Positions 9,634 to 18,525 of a stretch of 54,868 nt of DNA are shown here, one piece after another. Every line of letters starts with the position of its first letter. Positions within the stretch are counted from its first letter, which is position 1. Below the pieces are notes generated by a model that did no database searches, was not told the DNA's origin, and was given only the letters and a program-made list of their open reading frames with translations. This stretch comes from a virus. Taxonomy: Duplodnaviria; Caudoviricetes. The DNA lies in IMG/VR virus record IMGVR_UViG_3300003324_000142, positions 1 to 54,868 of that record; one strand, 5' to 3'. The position numbers and the translations under genes are program-made.

Positions 9634-10044
9634 TTACCGACCGGGTGTCAAGTTGAACGCCTCGACATAGGCGCGCACCTGGTCCGGATGGGTCACGAAG
9701 CCGCCGAGCCCGCCGACCGACAGGACCAGATCGATGAAGCGCTTTTGCGCCTGCGCACGCTTGTCGCCGGGTGTCATGTGCCAGCCCGCGCGCTTCGTCT
9801 CGAACACCCCGAACGCTGCGATGGTGCGACCTACATGGTGCGGTTGGATCACGATGGGCACCGGAGCCACAATGTCTGCGCTCTTAAATCGTTCGTTTTG
9901 CTGCTTGGATTCATTCATCAGACCGTAGCGAATGAACCGCCCTGTCTCATCGGTACACGCGCCCACATTGTTCCGCATGGGCAATGCACCAATACGAGCC
10001 AATTCGAGCCGGGTGTGCTGTTGGACTGCTGTTTCAGTTTGCAT
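9634..10044 (-). CDS. VRR-NUC-like nuclease/resolvase
   Basis: RNNVGA...RYGL...SADIV...ETKR...Q.RFIDLV...GG.GGF. Confidence 0.8.
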   Translation of the reverse strand: MQTETAVQQHTRLELARIGALPMRNNVGACTDETGRFIRYGLMNESKQQNERFKSADIVAPVPIVIQPHHVGRTIAAFGVFETKRAGWHMTPGDKRAQAQKRFIDLVLSVGGLGGFVTHPDQVRAYVEAFNLTPGR

Positions 10045-10522
10045 TCCATCGCTCCAATTGTGTTGCGTAACCGATCATCAGGGGATGTTTCGGATGACCG
10101 TCCGCACAGACACCGAGACAATAGGCCGGTTTGTTCATTGCTGCCAACGAATCGACAATAAACTGATACCTTTTACGGAGATGCGTCGGCAGTTTTGCAG
10201 ATGCGCCCCATGCGACCATAACAATGTCTGATCGCATCATGGCGTCAATCGTATAAAGGTTATTCAATTCACCGATCGGATCGGATACTGACCGCAATTC
10301 ATTGACATCTGTCGCTCTGTAAGCGAATAGATTCACCACGATAAACTCCGACCATTGGAAACCTTTGGCGAACCCTTTGATCTTTCTGATCGTGGCATCG
10401 TCGATTTCAGCATCCGCCGTTGAAGGGTTGACCATGATGACACAGGCTTTGAAACCGTGACGCTGAACCGAACGGCGCAATTCGTAGCGATAACGACCGC
10501 ATTCTGATATTATAGCGCTCAT
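10034..10522 (-). CDS. DUF1643 family protein
   Basis: SECGRYRYEL, MVNPSTADAEIDDATIRK, NLFAYRAT, AWG, PKHPL. Confidence 0.85.
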   Translation of the reverse strand: MSAIISECGRYRYELRRSVQRHGFKACVIMVNPSTADAEIDDATIRKIKGFAKGFQWSEFIVVNLFAYRATDVNELRSVSDPIGELNNLYTIDAMMRSDIVMVAWGASAKLPTHLRKRYQFIVDSLAAMNKPAYCLGVCADGHPKHPLMIGYATQLERWNAN

Positions 10523-10974
10523 CGTAACCACTCCGGTTCAACATAATAAGGTACGTCGTCTGGATCATCTTCATACACATCCGGCGCACGATCCAGACCG
10601 ACTTGCACCCTGATCCATTGCAACTCTCGGTTCACGGTCGCCGGCAACACCTGGACGTGCTGGACGCATAGCGTATTGCACGGGCGGTCCGGAAAGCAGC
10701 AATGGTCCACCTGCGTCGTCGGGTCCGATATATCGAGCCCGTGAATGTATCGCGCGGCCCAACGATGCGCGAGCCACATCTTCCCCTCGAACCAGAAATA
10801 GCCGTACTCAGCCGTCTTGCCTTGCGCGCTGGTGGTCGCCGCAGTCCACACGACGCACCCGGTCAACGGATCGAAGCGGCACTTGCTGCGAAACCGATCG
10901 AGTGCGGACCGGGTGGACCGGGTGGACCGGAAGCGACCGTCTGACTGCCTGGTGAGGATGGTGCCGTGCATCAA
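10519..10974 (-). CDS. HNH endonuclease
   Basis: GCVVWT...YGYF...AHRWA...VDHCC...CVQHV...N. Confidence 0.75.
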   Translation of the reverse strand: MMHGTILTRQSDGRFRSTRSTRSALDRFRSKCRFDPLTGCVVWTAATTSAQGKTAEYGYFWFEGKMWLAHRWAARYIHGLDISDPTTQVDHCCFPDRPCNTLCVQHVQVLPATVNRELQWIRVQVGLDRAPDVYEDDPDDVPYYVEPEWLR

Positions 10975-11747
10975 TGTGCCACGAACGCGACGTTTTTATC
11001 ACCCGACCAGCACGCACCGCACGTCGCGCAAGCGAGCGTTGCACCAGTCTGTTCCGGGCACACGAACGCATCGGGTGGGCAATCATTGGCCCGATCGATG
11101 CTGACGGTGCAGTCGGTCGGTGCGTCGCCATCGGACCAACGAATGCGGAAGCGATCGGGATACAGTGCTTTGGTCGTCACCAGCGCATCGCCGATTGCTG
11201 ATTGAGGATTGCGAGCCGTATAGCCCCACACGGCAAGTCGCGGATAGAGCGCCATCATGGTCCGCCAGAATCGAACATACTCGACGCTGTAGAAATCGCC
11301 GAGCGCGTGCAGTCGGATCAGGATACCTTCGCGACCTCGAACCGCCAGCAGCCGGCGAATATCGGCTTCGATCGCTTCACATAGAGCGGCGTGATCCGTG
11401 TGGTCGACCCGGCGCGCGAACGGCATCGCATTGCCGTAACATGTGGACCAATGGCGGCATCGGGACGGGCAGGTTGCGCGTTCCTCAAGCGACAGGCTGT
11501 AAATCCAGTAGCCGCGGAACCGACCCTTGCGCACGTCACGGCCGATCTTGATGTTGTTGTGACCCGACACCAGCACCGATCCTTCGACCGGCTTGACCTG
11601 ATTGGGGAACCGCGTCCCGGTCGCACCGTCAGGCATCGGTGCGACGCTCGACGGTTTCGCGTGCCGACCGGGTTGCTTGACCCATCGGGTCAATGTTTCA
11701 CCGGCTCGGGCGGGTCGCATGTTTGCTAGTGGTTTCATCGTCGTCAT
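10971..11747 (-). CDS. GP88-like Cys-rich protein
   Basis: TCPSRCRHWSTCYG, RLHALGDFYS, WGYT, CPEQTG...CATCGACW. Confidence 0.65.
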   Translation of the reverse strand: MTTMKPLANMRPARAGETLTRWVKQPGRHAKPSSVAPMPDGATGTRFPNQVKPVEGSVLVSGHNNIKIGRDVRKGRFRGYWIYSLSLEERATCPSRCRHWSTCYGNAMPFARRVDHTDHAALCEAIEADIRRLLAVRGREGILIRLHALGDFYSVEYVRFWRTMMALYPRLAVWGYTARNPQSAIGDALVTTKALYPDRFRIRWSDGDAPTDCTVSIDRANDCPPDAFVCPEQTGATLACATCGACWSGDKNVAFVAH

Positions 11748-11749
11748 CC

Positions 11750-12004
11750 TCAGTACATAAATTCATACGGCAGCGACACATTATGAGGCGCATAATCGAA
11801 CATCGGTGCAACGACGCGCGGCGGATACCCCCAACCCTTTGCAGTCACCCGATACCGACAGTCCGGGTGTTGCCGCGCGTGCGTCAGAAACCCGGCGACC
11901 ATAGCGGCGATGAGCGGCGCGGGCAGTCGCTTTCCCGCACTGTCACGAACGGGAATATTCGTCACCGATGCAGCGGATAGATCGACGGGGCGCACGTCAG
12001 TCAT
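11750..12004 (-). CDS. hypothetical protein
   Basis: ATGA coupling within the operon. Confidence 0.55.
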   Translation of the reverse strand: MTDVRPVDLSAASVTNIPVRDSAGKRLPAPLIAAMVAGFLTHARQHPDCRYRVTAKGWGYPPRVVAPMFDYAPHNVSLPYEFMY

Positions 12005-12402
12005 GGTAATAACTCGTCAGGCACATTGAAAAATCCCTGGCCGCCTCTGAACGGTATAGGTTCAATTGCTTCGATATTCCCAAGCAGCCAACCATAACGA
12101 CCGTGATCGTACACGCCGTAGCGACGTTCTGTTTCTGTGACCAAGAAACTGAGAATTTCTGTCGGCTGAACGTCTATCAATTCACATCTTGCAATAACTG
12201 CACCAAACGGCAACGCTTGACCGATTTGCGGATCATATTGAAGGCAATCGGTGGTGAATCGCTTCTGATCTGTTGCCCAACGCTTAGCCGCATGGATCAA
12301 CAACGGTCCGCGATATTTCGTCGACCAACCCCGCGTTTCGATTTTTTTCAGACCTAATGGGATCGCCGATGCCCACGGCTGCCACAGCGACACCGCTCTC
12401 AT
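12001..12402 (-). CDS. ASCH domain protein
   Basis: SLWQPWA...GLKKIETRGWSTKYRGPLLIHA...G.QGFF. Confidence 0.88.
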   Translation of the reverse strand: MRAVSLWQPWASAIPLGLKKIETRGWSTKYRGPLLIHAAKRWATDQKRFTTDCLQYDPQIGQALPFGAVIARCELIDVQPTEILSFLVTETERRYGVYDHGRYGWLLGNIEAIEPIPFRGGQGFFNVPDELLP

Positions 12403-14966
12403 CCGAACCACCCCCGCACCTGCGCATCCAGCGCTTCCATATCACCGCGGGGCAGTGCCAACGCCTGCTGCGTCGTCATGCCGGTGGTGAGGAAGAAGCG
12501 CTTATGCACGCTGCGCTCACTGTCGCCGCCGTGCATACGAATGCCTGCCCACTGATCGATCGTGTCGCGCAACCGAGCCTGCATCTGAATACGCTCCATC
12601 TGGCGATTGGCGGCACCACGGCCCGCAATCTCGCCAGCGGCCCGCGCGACCCGCTCGGCCACGTCGCCAGGCGCTTCAAGCTGCATCGCCGCGCGCATTT
12701 GAGCAGCAACCTCACGATCGAGCAAGATCAGATCACCGTCCACCTGCTGCAACGTCCGCGCGCCACCCTGCGGCACAGGCGGTTCGGCGCCGCAATAGGG
12801 GCAAGCGGTCAATACGCGCTCATAGGGACGGCCGCACTCGCGGCACGCCGTCAGCGGTATCTCATCGGGGTCGGGTGCGGCCTTGGCTTTCTTGTCGCGC
12901 CGGTCGAGCGTCCAGTTGTGCGGCTTGTCCGGGAAGCCGTGGCGTTTCCAGTTCGACACCAGATCGATGATCGTGCCGTGCGTCTTGCCGGCCAACACCC
13001 GGAGCGCGCGGCCGAACATTTGCAGGTATTTGTTGAGCGATGCGGTCGGGCGGGCCATGATGACGACCTCGCACGCCGGCACGTCGAATCCTTCGTCGAA
13101 CAGATCGACGTTGACCAGCACCCGCAGCCGTCCATCACGGAACCTGCGGATCATCTCGCGTCGAACGCCGCTATCGGTCTTGGCGCTCACCGACGCGGCC
13201 GGAACACCTGCTTCATTGAACCGGTTGGCGATGTCGTTCGCTGTCTCGACATCGGTAGCGAAACAGATTGCCCGTTTGCCGTGGACCCATTTGAGATATT
13301 CGGTCACGGCGTCGCTGACGATGTGGCTACGCTTGGACGCCTCGCGCATCTTGTTCGGGCTGTAGTCGCCCTTCGCCGTGATCGCATCGTCGTCGATCGC
13401 GAAATCGTTCTGCGGAATGATGATGTCGTAATCGGACAGTGCATTCAGGTTGATCAATTCGCGCATCGTCGGACCGATGCACATCGCATCGAACACACCA
13501 TCCGCGTGGCGCCCAAGCCCCTTGCCGTCCGCACGGAACGGACAGGCGGTCACGCCGAGCCCTGCGGCGTTGGTGAACAGCCGGATTGCTTTACCCCATA
13601 TGTTGGGTTCAGGTTGATCTATGACATGGTGACAGTTGTGAACTACTATTCCGTTGGCGATATAGGTGTGATATTCATCGACTTCAAAATTGTAAACAAA
13701 ACTTCGTCGGTCTGTTCCAAAATCTGTCGGTTTGTAAATCTCAATACAGTCCACCCGTTGCATCGCAAAAAGGTGTCCTTTTTCGTATCCTGTATCTGAC
13801 GCACGCGCGCGCCGTGCGAAGCACCATCCGCTTCCACAGCTATTTTCAACAAGGGATGAGCCATATCCGGCTTGTAAGAACGGGGATAACCGGTATCCCT
13901 CGTCATTTTCGTCTTGATGACATGTTGATGTACAAACCCGATCGGTTCCAACAGCAGAATCAACATTTTTTCTGCTTTTGGTGGTTCCTTTCCGTTGCCA
14001 CCCTGCCGTATAGGTTTGTGATTTTGAGATAATAAAGTGTTCCGCATCTTTATTCGTGAAGCGTCTGATTTCATCGGATTGTTTCGCTTCATTCGATCCG
14101 ACGCATATTTGTGATTGGTTTTTGACATAGTTTCCGATGAAATTCTCCTGCGGTATGTATTTGAGCAGGACGTGCTGCAATACGCCCGACCGGTTTCTCG
14201 ATAGAGTCTCACTCGCCCGTAATACGGAAATGTCGCAGGAGAACCGCATACGATACACGTTGCTTCGATCGACATATAAACAGTCCTCTGGTTTCAAATC
14301 CCCCGCCGAAACCCACCCTCGGGCGGTCCAAAACGGATGGTTCGGTGTGCATACCACATGGTGCGTTCCAACAGCAATACGCACCATGTGTTTCGGCGAT
14401 GGGTTCTTATAAAGACGACCGACGCTGCCGATAACAAACCGATTCTCTTTTTCGTCCCAAGCAGTTACCTCGTCCCCCGTATTCATGGTTTCAATCGGGC
14501 GTAATCCGGTCGGTGTGGAAATCATTGTGCCGGCGGGAAAACATTCATCCTGCGTCCATCGATCGACCTGTGCGGCCCATTGCTTCAATTCGGCCGCTCG
14601 GGACACGATGGTCTGCACCGAACCAACGCTGCATCGCGCATCGGGATTGACGAACGATTTGCCGCCAAATTCAGCCCGGTGTTCCTGGACGATGCCGGCG
14701 ATGGTGGACTTGCTGCCGATGATGCGATGCTTGATCCCGCGACGCGCGACGTGCAACGACATCTGGCCGACCAACTCATTGCGATGGGCCATCACGACCT
14801 CATTGAGCCCGTTCTGATGCCCGTCGAGAATAATGTCGGTGGTGATGATCGACTTGCCGCCACCGGTCGGCAGCACGCCAAGCACATTGCTGTGCCCCGC
14901 GGACCATTCGGCGTAGATGTCCTGTTTGAGCGTAGCCTGGTCGGGTCGCAGGATGATGGGGGTCAT
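12399..14966 (-). CDS. SF2 DEAH-box helicase containing an intein
   Basis: LRPDQ, PTGGGKS, DE|CHH interrupted by an intein, TACP, EGFDVP, QMFGRALR, C-terminal Zn finger. Confidence 0.92.
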   Translation of the reverse strand: MTPIILRPDQATLKQDIYAEWSAGHSNVLGVLPTGGGKSIITTDIILDGHQNGLNEVVMAHRNELVGQMSLHVARRGIKHRIIGSKSTIAGIVQEHRAEFGGKSFVNPDARCSVGSVQTIVSRAAELKQWAAQVDRWTQDECFPAGTMISTPTGLRPIETMNTGDEVTAWDEKENRFVIGSVGRLYKNPSPKHMVRIAVGTHHVVCTPNHPFWTARGWVSAGDLKPEDCLYVDRSNVYRMRFSCDISVLRASETLSRNRSGVLQHVLLKYIPQENFIGNYVKNQSQICVGSNEAKQSDEIRRFTNKDAEHFIISKSQTYTAGWQRKGTTKSRKNVDSAVGTDRVCTSTCHQDENDEGYRLSPFLQAGYGSSLVENSCGSGWCFARRARASDTGYEKGHLFAMQRVDCIEIYKPTDFGTDRRSFVYNFEVDEYHTYIANGIVVHNCHHVIDQPEPNIWGKAIRLFTNAAGLGVTACPFRADGKGLGRHADGVFDAMCIGPTMRELINLNALSDYDIIIPQNDFAIDDDAITAKGDYSPNKMREASKRSHIVSDAVTEYLKWVHGKRAICFATDVETANDIANRFNEAGVPAASVSAKTDSGVRREMIRRFRDGRLRVLVNVDLFDEGFDVPACEVVIMARPTASLNKYLQMFGRALRVLAGKTHGTIIDLVSNWKRHGFPDKPHNWTLDRRDKKAKAAPDPDEIPLTACRECGRPYERVLTACPYCGAEPPVPQGGARTLQQVDGDLILLDREVAAQMRAAMQLEAPGDVAERVARAAGEIAGRGAANRQMERIQMQARLRDTIDQWAGIRMHGGDSERSVHKRFFLTTGMTTQQALALPRGDMEALDAQVRGWFG
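13635..14543 (-). mobile_element. intein (303 aa) in the helicase DEAH motif
   Basis: N-terminal CFPAGTMI, block B CTPNHPF, C-terminal VYNFEVDEYHTYIANGIVVHN followed by a +1 Cys. Lower GC than the host gene. Confidence 0.92.
13646..14275 (-). CDS. DUF559/Vsr-like endonuclease nested out of frame within the intein
   Basis: GAGGA RBS. Zn motif CIVC...YCSTSC. PD...IAVEADGASH...DTKKD.FL...GWTVLRFTN. Confidence 0.8.
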   Translation of the reverse strand: MSIEATCIVCGSPATFPYYGRVRLYRETGRAYCSTSCSNTYRRRISSETMSKTNHKYASDRMKRNNPMKSDASRIKMRNTLLSQNHKPIRQGGNGKEPPKAEKMLILLLEPIGFVHQHVIKTKMTRDTGYPRSYKPDMAHPLLKIAVEADGASHGARVRQIQDTKKDTFLRCNGWTVLRFTNRQILEQTDEVLFTILKSMNITPISPTE

Positions 14967-16111
14967 TTGCCCATCACCGCTTCCACGAATCCCGTTGCCG
15001 TTTCAGCGTCGAGGCCGTTTCCGTAGGCGCGCAGTCGTCCCACTCGGGCGGGAGCCGCATCAGCCAACGGGAATGTGCCGGGTTCAACCGGCCGCCACCT
15101 TGGCCCGTCTGGATCGTTGCATAGCACCCATTCGCATCGATTCGTGCTGGCCCTGTCGGCCACACCTGCCGACCGAGCAAGCCGTTGATCGGCACATTCG
15201 GGCAAGCTGGGCCATCCTTGTGATCGCGGGTGGTCGGAGTCGACCACCCGCTCAACATCGCCGCTCCCGGCAACCGATCCGTTCCCTGCGATGGCCCACC
15301 CTTCGGGCCGTCCTGCTGGCATGGCGTGGGCCAACCCGCCAATTGGGCCACCATCGCAATATCCGTGAGCGACACGCCCATCGATTGCGCGCCCCGAGCC
15401 ATGCTCTCCCGCTTGCGCTCCAAAAACCACTCCGGTGTTCCGCTCGCCGGCTGTGCCACCGGCGTCGGCCAACCGCTCACCGACGAAATAGAGCCGTTGC
15501 CGGATATGGTCGCCGTCATGGTCGCCAAGCGATGCGCCAGCCCATGTGGCAAAATCACGTAATTCTTCGGTGAGAGCGGGATCGGGACTGCATAGAATGG
15601 CCCGCTGTAACCACTCGTCTGCTTGCGATCCTTGCCAGGTACGCGCCACTGAGACGCCCGCAGCGCACAGATCGACCGCCCCGAAGGCGTAACCCTCTGC
15701 TTCCATGTCCAGCGATACAAGATCGAGCCAACCGAGGCCGTCCTTGCTCGCAACCTGCTCTCCAAGGACTGCTGTAGGGCGGCACTCGCGGATGAGATGG
15801 TGCCAGTGCGGCCATAGGTGCCGCTCATCAGACACCCCAGCGCCTCGACCTGCCGCGCTGAAAGGTTGGCACGGGCAACTCCCAGTCCATACGGGTCTGT
15901 CGTCGGACCAACCGGCGCGTCTGAGTGCATGGGACCAAATTCCTATACCTGCGAAGAAATGACACTGCGTGAATCCACGCAAATCGGCGGGTCGAACGTC
16001 ACGGATGTCGCGTTGATCGACGATACCGGGTGCAATGTGACCCGCACCGATCAGATTGATCAACCAACGCGCGGCATACGGATCGCACTCATTGTAGTAG
16101 GCAAGGTTCAC
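14963..16111 (-). CDS. C5 cytosine DNA methyltransferase, alpha polypeptide
   Basis: FFAGIG, GSCPCQPFS, GEQV, HIRQRLY, RLRAYGNG. GTGA overlap with the upstream gene. Confidence 0.9.
   Translation of the reverse strand: MNLAYYNECDPYAARWLINLIGAGHIAPGIVDQRDIRDVRPADLRGFTQCHFFAGIGIWSHALRRAGWSDDRPVWTGSCPCQPFSAAGRGAGVSDERHLWPHWHHLIRECRPTAVLGEQVASKDGLGWLDLVSLDMEAEGYAFGAVDLCAAGVSVARTWQGSQADEWLQRAILCSPDPALTEELRDFATWAGASLGDHDGDHIRQRLYFVGERLADAGGTAGERNTGVVFGAQAGEHGSGRAIDGRVAHGYCDGGPIGGLAHAMPAGRPEGWAIAGNGSVAGSGDVERVVDSDHPRSQGWPSLPECADQRLARSAGVADRASTNRCEWVLCNDPDGPRWRPVEPGTFPLADAAPARVGRLRAYGNGLDAETATGFVEAVMGK
14974..15828 (-). CDS. alternative-frame MTase beta polypeptide (motif IX-bearing)
   Basis: Long ORF entirely inside the MTase gene in another frame. 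GGGGTG RBS before ATG 15828. Repeated GW(P/S)TP and RLNPAHSRWLMRLPPEWD. Confidence 0.65.
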   Translation of the reverse strand: MSGTYGRTGTISSASAALQQSLESRLRARTASVGSILYRWTWKQRVTPSGRSICALRASQWRVPGKDRKQTSGYSGPFYAVPIPLSPKNYVILPHGLAHRLATMTATISGNGSISSVSGWPTPVAQPASGTPEWFLERKRESMARGAQSMGVSLTDIAMVAQLAGWPTPCQQDGPKGGPSQGTDRLPGAAMLSGWSTPTTRDHKDGPACPNVPINGLLGRQVWPTGPARIDANGCYATIQTGQGGGRLNPAHSRWLMRLPPEWDDCAPTETASTLKRQRDSWKR

Positions 16112-16518
16112 AGCCGCACCATCACCACGATCTGCCACACACCCTCAGCAGCCGGTCCGACCAGATCGGCACCCGGCGACGGATTGTGAACCACGGCGCC
16201 ACCACGGCACACCACGACATGATTGACCCCGCCCGCCGTCGAACCGAACAGCAGATACGGCACGGTCGGGTTCATCTGGCGCATGTGGTCCAACACAGCC
16301 GACAGCGCCTCGGAACCGTCGAGCGCGCTGATATATGGCACGAGCCCGTCCCGTTCGGACCACTCGCGCAACCGGCTCACCGCGACCTCTGGTGTCGGGT
16401 TGTCCTTGTTGAAATGCGGCACGTCGTCGCGGTCGAGCAACGTCGCGACACAGGCACGCAGGCAATCGCCGTAGCTGTACGGCGGATTGTGCGGGACGGT
16501 GCAGTAGTGAGGGGTCAT
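16108..16518 (-). CDS. putative papain-fold (C39-like) peptidase
   Basis: GDCLRACVATLL, NHVVV and VHNP give a Cys/His/Asn arrangement. Confidence 0.5.
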   Translation of the reverse strand: MTPHYCTVPHNPPYSYGDCLRACVATLLDRDDVPHFNKDNPTPEVAVSRLREWSERDGLVPYISALDGSEALSAVLDHMRQMNPTVPYLLFGSTAGGVNHVVVCRGGAVVHNPSPGADLVGPAAEGVWQIVVMVRL

Positions 16519-16784
16519 AGTTCGACCGTTCCCTCAATGTGATCGGAATAAGCCAACCAATCGGACGCTTGTTCAGTCACATGAGCCTCCCACCATTCAT
16601 CGCGTTTGCTGATTCGTTCGTACATCGCCTCCGATATTTCTTTACCGGCTGTACCGTCACGTTTACACCAATAAAGGGCGTCAACGCCACCATCGTCATC
16701 GGTTGAATAGCCGTCCCCGCGCGTAAACCAAACATCGGCAATCAGCGGCAAACCACCCATGACTGTGACAGGTGCGCGAGGCAT
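16515..16784 (-). CDS. hypothetical protein
   Basis: TAATG/ATGA coupling. Confidence 0.6.
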   Translation of the reverse strand: MPRAPVTVMGGLPLIADVWFTRGDGYSTDDDGGVDALYWCKRDGTAGKEISEAMYERISKRDEWWEAHVTEQASDWLAYSDHIEGTVEL

Positions 16785-17377
16785 TACAGCCACCCCGGCA
16801 ACGCAGCCGGTGCGCGCGTTACATCGTCGTTCAGGGTCATCATCGTAACGGCGCACCATCCGTCGTCGTTGAGATCGCGCATCAGCACGGGCCGGGTGTC
16901 CGCGGCGATCATGCGCTCGAACACCACCACACCGGACGGGCTGGTCCGAGCGAGCAATTCAATATCGTCGGCGATCCAGATCATCGTTCCGGACGGCTCC
17001 TGCACCGGTTGTCGCAGCGGTTCGATGATCCGTTCGTGCCAATCGTCGTAAGCGGTCGGGTGATCGGACCACACGCCGATATTCTCGGACACATCGAACC
17101 CGAGCGTCGTCCGAGCCGTGGTGTATTTCAACACCGGGTTCGGCGTGATGTCGAGGACACTGTTATATTTGGCTTCCTCGCGGCATTGGTTCGCCAGGGC
17201 TTCCGGCACGTTGATGTGATAGGCGCCCTCGAACGATTCGACCCGCTCGATCACCATCAGCTTGCGGTTTGAGGCGACGACGCGCCCATTGTCCAACCGC
17301 AGCGTGTTGAAGATCGGATCATCGGCCCGCCCGAGTAACAGGGACAATCGGGCGATGGTGTCACAGGAGATTTTCAT
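16784..17377 (-). CDS. hypothetical protein (possibly sliding-clamp-like)
   Basis: Clean ORF. Weak resemblance (VVASNRKLMV) to phage beta-clamp-like proteins. Confidence 0.55.
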   Translation of the reverse strand: MKISCDTIARLSLLLGRADDPIFNTLRLDNGRVVASNRKLMVIERVESFEGAYHINVPEALANQCREEAKYNSVLDITPNPVLKYTTARTTLGFDVSENIGVWSDHPTAYDDWHERIIEPLRQPVQEPSGTMIWIADDIELLARTSPSGVVVFERMIAADTRPVLMRDLNDDGWCAVTMMTLNDDVTRAPAALPGWL

Positions 17378-17482
17378 GGGGTGAGGGGCTCCGACCGATC
17401 AGGTTTCCACCGTGTTAGTTTTCGCTTGCGCCAGCGTCAAGAGCGTTCTATCACGATCCGGCGTAACGATGGAGACACGACG

Positions 17483-18478
17483 ATGAAATTGACCCTGATG
17501 ATCGAAGGAAGCGCCGCGACGATCGCTGCGGTGTTGCAATCGCTGCCGAGCGATGCCGGAACCGGGACCGCGATCGAAAATGTGATGGTGATGACTGGCG
17601 ACGGTGAAAAAGCGGCACACAACCTTCAACCGGGTGACACGGTGATGAGCGCCGGCCAGCAGCGCGGCGCGGTGGGAAACGGCGACACGACCACTGGCGC
17701 GGCATCCCAACCAGCCGCCACTGCACCGATGCCTGGTGCGTCCTCCCCGGCACCCGCGCATCAGACGGGTGACGATACGCAGGGTGCGGCCGAGCCGTCT
17801 AACGGTGCTGCATCCGATGATGTCGATGCAACCGGCCTGCCATGGGACGAGCGCATCCACAGCAGCACCAAGGGCGTCAACGAAGATGGATCGTGGAAGA
17901 AGCGCCGCGGCGGTCCGAAGGGAGCCGAACTGGCCGCGATCGAAGCGGAACTGCGTGGCGCCGCACCTGCGGACCCTACGCCCCCGGCAGCGCAGTCCGA
18001 CCAGCCGACCCATTCCGACACCCAACCCGCTGCGGTGGCCCCGACGCCTGCGCCGTCTGCCGTGCCGCCTATGCCCGCCGCTGCACCCACGGCGTCTGGA
18101 CCGGTCGCTGCCACTCCTGCGAGTAACCCGGTCCCCATGCCGACCGCGATGCCGATGCAGCCGACCGGCATGACCGTGACGCCTGCCGCACCGATGCCGA
18201 CCGCGCAACCGGTCCAGCAGCAGGCACAGCCGATGCCCATGCCGACCCCGGCGCCCGCACCAGTCGAGCAGCAGCCCGCAGCAGCGCCGGCAATGGGCTT
18301 CACCGAGTTCATGGGTCAACTCGGACCGAAGATGGCCGGCGACAATCCGAGCATCACGACCGAATATGTCACGCGGATCAGTGCCGAAATGGGCATCAAT
18401 TCGCTGACGGATATGGCGACCGATCCGGCGCGCATCGGCCAGGCGATCGGTCTGATGCAGCGCGACGGCGTGTGGTAA
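17483..18478 (+). CDS. Pro/Ala-rich replication-module protein
   Basis: GGAG RBS. DATGLPWDERIHSSTK motif typical of the gene upstream of DUF2800 exonucleases. Confidence 0.75.
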   Translation: MKLTLMIEGSAATIAAVLQSLPSDAGTGTAIENVMVMTGDGEKAAHNLQPGDTVMSAGQQRGAVGNGDTTTGAASQPAATAPMPGASSPAPAHQTGDDTQGAAEPSNGAASDDVDATGLPWDERIHSSTKGVNEDGSWKKRRGGPKGAELAAIEAELRGAAPADPTPPAAQSDQPTHSDTQPAAVAPTPAPSAVPPMPAAAPTASGPVAATPASNPVPMPTAMPMQPTGMTVTPAAPMPTAQPVQQQAQPMPMPTPAPAPVEQQPAAAPAMGFTEFMGQLGPKMAGDNPSITTEYVTRISAEMGINSLTDMATDPARIGQAIGLMQRDGVW

Positions 18479-18525
18479 TGTAACGAGCGGACCGAGTGCG
18501 ACGGTCCGCTGACGGAGACAACAGG

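Noticed and set aside
10904-10930. Tandem 9-bp repeat GGACCGGGT
   Set aside because: Short in-frame repeat (RST units) in the HNH gene, with no sign of wider function.
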